Assembly: GCF_006345805.1 (NCBI RefSeq)
Contig: NW_021826799.1
Coordinates: 1-12,036 of the forward strand
Length of the DNA: 12,036 bases
Source of the DNA: Octopus sinensis
Taxonomy: Eukaryota
Direction of reading: 5' to 3'
Positions 8,356 through 12,036 of this stretch are shown here, in pieces; positions within the stretch are counted from its first letter, which is position 1, and every line of letters begins with the position of its first letter. Both the position numbers and the translations under genes were made by a program. The notes below the pieces were generated by a model. The model searched no databases. It saw only the letters and a list, made by a program, of their open reading frames with translations, and was not told the DNA's origin.

Positions 8356-9654
8356 ATACTGTACTTAAATCCTCATCTCTTAAATACAGAACAGCACTTT
8401 CATTTCTTTGATGGAAATTTCAATTGATTGACTACATTTTTCTTAAATTTTTGATGAGCAGATTTGAGGTAACTTTATTTTAATACTATTACATTGGTAT
8501 GTTGATGCTGTACCTGAAGTTATATGCGTTTCTACAATACTATTCTGTATCTCAATACAAGCTTTTCTGTAATTATTTCACAAAATAAAGGAAACCCTAT
8601 GAAATTTTAATTCCCGTTTTTCAAACGTGGTGTATCGAAAAATTTCATTGGTCTTTTTTAAGGTTGATTTCGTATCTTTTAACGGCATTATCATACTTTT
8701 AGCATTTTTACAGGTTGATAGTAACTACAATAACCCTGTTATTCATTATTTCAGAATTAGGAGCTTTCCATCAGGAAATCTACCAAGAAACACCAGGTGA
8801 TAATACAGACCATCAACCTTTATTTTAATATATTAACTTGCATCTTTTTGTCCTGAGGAATATTTAAAACATACATATATATACACATACACAGACACAT
8901 ATGTGTGTGTATATATTTTGGGTGATGTCGTTGATGTCATTGATATTAGTGTTTGGTCGGTGCTAATTTCGTTAAGACAAACATGGGACCTTGGGACGGA
9001 GAGTTAACCTCGGTTGCATTTAAAATCGGAACATGAACAGCCGGACCAAAAATATTTTTCGGATGCTCTACTGATTTCCCCACACAATATAAACTAATGG
9101 CAGCAACAAAACCAGTATTTGTTTAAACTATTCTGTTAACTACCCCAATAGCAATTTGTTTTTTAAACACATTTCATTAGAAGCTAATATCAAGAAAATA
9201 CGCCCAAATTGATAAAATTACTGGAGGTTTCTCTACATAAGATAACACATTCCTTCGTAAAAAAAAAGTCGTAGCAATTTAATCCTTGATGGCAAATATG
9301 CTCTAATCTTTGGTTTCCTAATTATATTTTAATTACACCATTGGTTGACAATACTTTTACCACATCGTCCAGTCTCCCACCGCATTTTCGATAAAAGTTT
9401 CTCGGATGGATGAGGACATAAAAATCATAAGAAGAAGAATTCGTTTAATATTCTCTCTGGTTTAACACTGCTACCCAATGGTTCTGGGTCATTCTTTGAA
9501 TTCGACACACTTGCAAACTTTTGGCCCAGTATATTCTTCATCAAATAAATTCTCTCTTCCCTCTCATTAGTCTCAAAAGCTCTGAAAATTTCACTGGAAC
9601 ATAATTCCGGGTTTTAAAAAAATCAGTAAGAATACAGAAGTAATACTAATAACA

Positions 9655-9793
9655 TTGATTTCAAACTTTTCCACAAGGCCAGCATTTCCAGGTGAAGGGT
9701 TTAAGTCGATTACGTCGACCCCAGTATTAAACTGGTACGTATACTATTGACCCCAAATGTATAAAAAGCAAAGTTTATCTTAGTGGAACTTAG
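9655..9793 (-). mobile_element. Headless, diverged copy of the SINE at 9810-9988
   Basis: CACAAGGCC...AAGTCGATTACGTCGACC...AAAAGCAAAGTTTATCTTAGTGGAACTT parallels CACAAGGTC...AAGTCGATTACATTAACC...AAAAGCAAAGTCGACCTCGGCGGAATTT. Confidence 0.7.
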
Positions 9794-9809
9794 TAATAGT
9801 TATAACATC

Positions 9810-9988
9810 ATTTCTACTAAAGGCACAAGGTCTGAAATTTTGCTGGGTTGAGGAAAAGTCGATTACATTAACCACAGAGATTTAAAGGATGAAAAGCAAA
9901 GTCGACCTCGGCGGAATTTGGACTCAGACGGATGAAGTGGCGTTGAGCATTTTCCCCGGCGTGCTAACGAATCTGCCAGCTCACAGCT
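9810..9988 (-). mobile_element. tRNA-derived SINE with a Meta/Sauria-like central motif
   Basis: Minus-strand head AGCTGTGAGCTGGCAGATTCGTTAGCACGCCGGGG...GAGTCCAAATTCC, then GAGGTCGACTTTGCTTTTCATCCTTT. The domain name is from recall, not from an alignment. Confidence 0.75.
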
Positions 9989-10633
9989 TTAATAGTAGTT
10001 ATATAGTGATACAAGTATACATTTGCTAATATATCCGTTCTGTTTTCACAATGCATATTGTTTCGTCGTTAAATCATATTACGAGTTTTTAACCTATGCA
10101 TTTATGGACGAAGTTGATATTCCCTTGCTCAACTACTCTCGAAGTGAGTGAGAAATAGATTCGTTGCCAACGACAATTATCACATCACAAGGAACATACT
10201 TGATATTAAGAGAGAATGAATGAAAAGGTTTTACCGCCTCTTCTGGATTCATGCATTATTTGCTCGACCCTAGAATGGTACTTTGGAAAATTTCCTCGAT
10301 GCATTTTGTACCCAAGCACACAAAGATTAAACCGATACAATATTTCTATCCAAGACTTTCACGACTCTGCCAATTTTCACGACTTTGATCTTCTTATGCT
10401 TTTCATATCCAACTAAACACAAACTTTGGACAGAATGTAGAGGTAGAGATATATCGGTAGCTGAAATTATATTGTGTATATAATATTCGTGCTTGATTCT
10501 ATGTATTATACATAGGTAAGACAGAGTGTTTTATTTATTCTGATATATCTTCTTTCGAACAAAGAAACCTACGCTTAAACACACACAAGGAAAGGTATAC
10601 TGGCATATGGTTTGTATACATGTATGTATGCGC

Positions 10634-10727
<94 letters not shown>
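10634..10727. repeat. (TA)n(AAT)n(AGT)n compound microsatellite
   Basis: Direct reading. Confidence 0.95.
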
Positions 10728-11053
10728 TGGGAATATAATTCCAAATCTTACAGGGAAAAATTCAATTTAGCAATTCTAAATCAAATTCCTCAATATATAA
10801 TAGATGTATAAAATTTAGAGAAAAAACTCTATGAATGCAATATTGAAAGACGTTATTTGCATCATATAGAGAAGGTTAAATATTCAATAGAAAACATTAT
10901 TCTAAAAATGAAGTACATAAACAATAAGTAGTAAATAGAATACGCGCGTTTCGTGGCTATATTTTCAAATAGTTAATGATAATAATATCAATTAGATTAA
11001 AACTAAATCGATCTAAAATTTATCTTTTTCAAAATATAGTCACTCATCAGGTC

Positions 11054-11056
<3 letters not shown>
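10728..11056 (-). mobile_element. Probable Penelope-like pLTR/retrozyme remnant bounded by trinucleotide microsatellites
   Basis: Begins, on the minus strand, with a complete hammerhead and is followed by about 200 nt of unique AT-rich sequence. (AAT)n-type tracts lie at both ends. Confidence 0.55.
10935..11056 (-). ncRNA. Type-I hammerhead ribozyme, canonical core, long stem II
   Basis: ATAGAC-CTGATGA (11050-11044); stem II 11043-11024/10972-10953 (17/20 WC pairs, G10.1-C11.1, 51-nt loop); GAAA (10952-10949); palindromic ACGCGCGT; GUA^ (10941/10940); TTCTAT. Stem I has 5 bp plus a C.U mismatch next to the core. Confidence 0.85.
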
Positions 11057-11087
<31 letters not shown>

Positions 11088-11264
11088 TAAATAATATAAT
11101 AAATGTACGTATCTTAACTTATAAATTAACTACTAAATATACAAAAAGAAATATATATATATATGTAAATATGAATTTTGTGCGTAATGAGATAAACAAA
11201 TCCAAGGCTGCATGGATATTTGAGCATTTATAGATAGGTCTTCTAGAATATAAATTAATAATAA

Positions 11265-11278
11265 GTATGTATGTATAC

Positions 11279-11323
<45 letters not shown>

Positions 11324-11392
11324 TGTGTATGTATGTATGTATGTATGTATGTATGTATGTATGTATGTATGTATGTATGTATGTATGTATAT
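11265..11392. repeat. (TA)n(TG)n(TATG)n compound microsatellite
   Basis: Direct reading. Confidence 0.95.
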
Positions 11393-11629
11393 ACCAGAGT
11401 AAGCAATTAAATGTGAAACAAGGTGGAAAAAATAATATTTGAATACCGGCGGTAGAGTAACATGCCTTATTAATAAAGCTGCAATGACATCACAAAAACT
11501 GTTACTCAGAGATTCCTGTTCCCTTTCATTGGACAGTTTCAGTTGAGAATCTGCACTAAAACTGCCCGGCAAACGGGAACGTGAAACTCTGAGTAGATTT
11601 TTGTGATGTTTTTTCAGCTTTAGTAAGGT
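11393..11629 (-). mobile_element. Fold-back element: imperfect inverted repeat (11465-11539 / 11559-11629, 19-nt spacer), each arm carrying a decayed hammerhead
   Basis: Arms align by eye (TAAAGCTG, ACATCACAAAAA, TACTCAGAG, GTTCCC, CAGTTT). HHR layout at 11538-11497 (-) and 11560-11601 (+). The left arm extends to about 11393. Confidence 0.7.
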
Positions 11630-11632
11630 ATA

Positions 11633-11633
<1 letters not shown>

Positions 11634-11677
<44 letters not shown>

Positions 11678-11678
11678 G
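11634..11678. repeat. (TA)n microsatellite
   Basis: Direct reading. Confidence 0.9.
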
Positions 11679-12036
11679 TACAGGGTAAATGAGAAAAAGC
11701 TATAACTCACAGGTTTTAGCGCTTATTTCTAGCAATGTAGGTGCTGTCTTGCACCGTCATTCAAAATTAATGAAAATTGAATCTTTCCCTTTTTGGTTTT
11801 ATATTGCTAATTGCCTCTTCCGTTATGACATCTGATACACACACACATAAAGATACATACACACATATATATATGAAGTTAAAGATGCATTGCTACGTAG
11901 AACCGCATCTTATAGTATCATACTGTAGTGTATTCTTTTGGAGAATTACAGCATAGCTAAACACCTTTGTTTGATATTCTATTTCAGTAGATTGTTATCT
12001 TCCCATATCCGCTGTTAATTAACCAATATTTTGTTT

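Noticed and set aside
8755-8796. Possible 42-nt exon (ttcag|ELGAFHQEIYQETP|gtgata)
   Set aside because: Weak donor site, no recognisable product, no supporting neighbouring exons.
9440-9610. Open minus-strand frame ELCSSEIFRAFETNEREERIYLMK...
   Set aside because: No motif or convincing splice sites; needs BLASTX or RNA-seq.
10100-10430. Coding-like minus-strand stretch (...EEAVKPFHSFSLNIKYVPCDVIIVVGNES...)
   Set aside because: Broken by stops and a frame change; no family could be assigned.
11195-11264. LIYILEDLSINAQ upstream of the 11056 hammerhead as a GIY-YIG C-terminus
   Set aside because: Only a loose ILExLxI match, with no upstream GIY-YIG motif.

Overview
AT-rich, repeat-dense eukaryotic non-coding DNA with no intact protein-coding gene. 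Nearly all listed ORFs are microsatellite artefacts. The repeat repertoire looks cephalopod/Octopus-like; this is inferred from recalled SINE families and was not verified. The window holds many TA/GATA/AAT microsatellites, several tRNA-derived SINEs (one with a 15-bp TSD), and a 5'-truncated, frameshifted R4/Dong-type non-LTR element (CCHC + RLE endonuclease) sitting in a (TAA)n tract. The main finding is a cluster of type-I hammerhead ribozyme (HHR) motifs of the Penelope/retrozyme kind, from at least four sequence-unrelated families. One HHR lies in the tail of an apparent tRNA-headed SINE (7040-8355), which has an inverted second tail copy at 6777-6922. One canonical HHR lies at 10935-11056 (-). 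Two more lie at the apex of fold-back inverted repeats (4541-4658, perfect 57-bp arms; 11465-11629). All structures were folded by eye and none is shown to be active.
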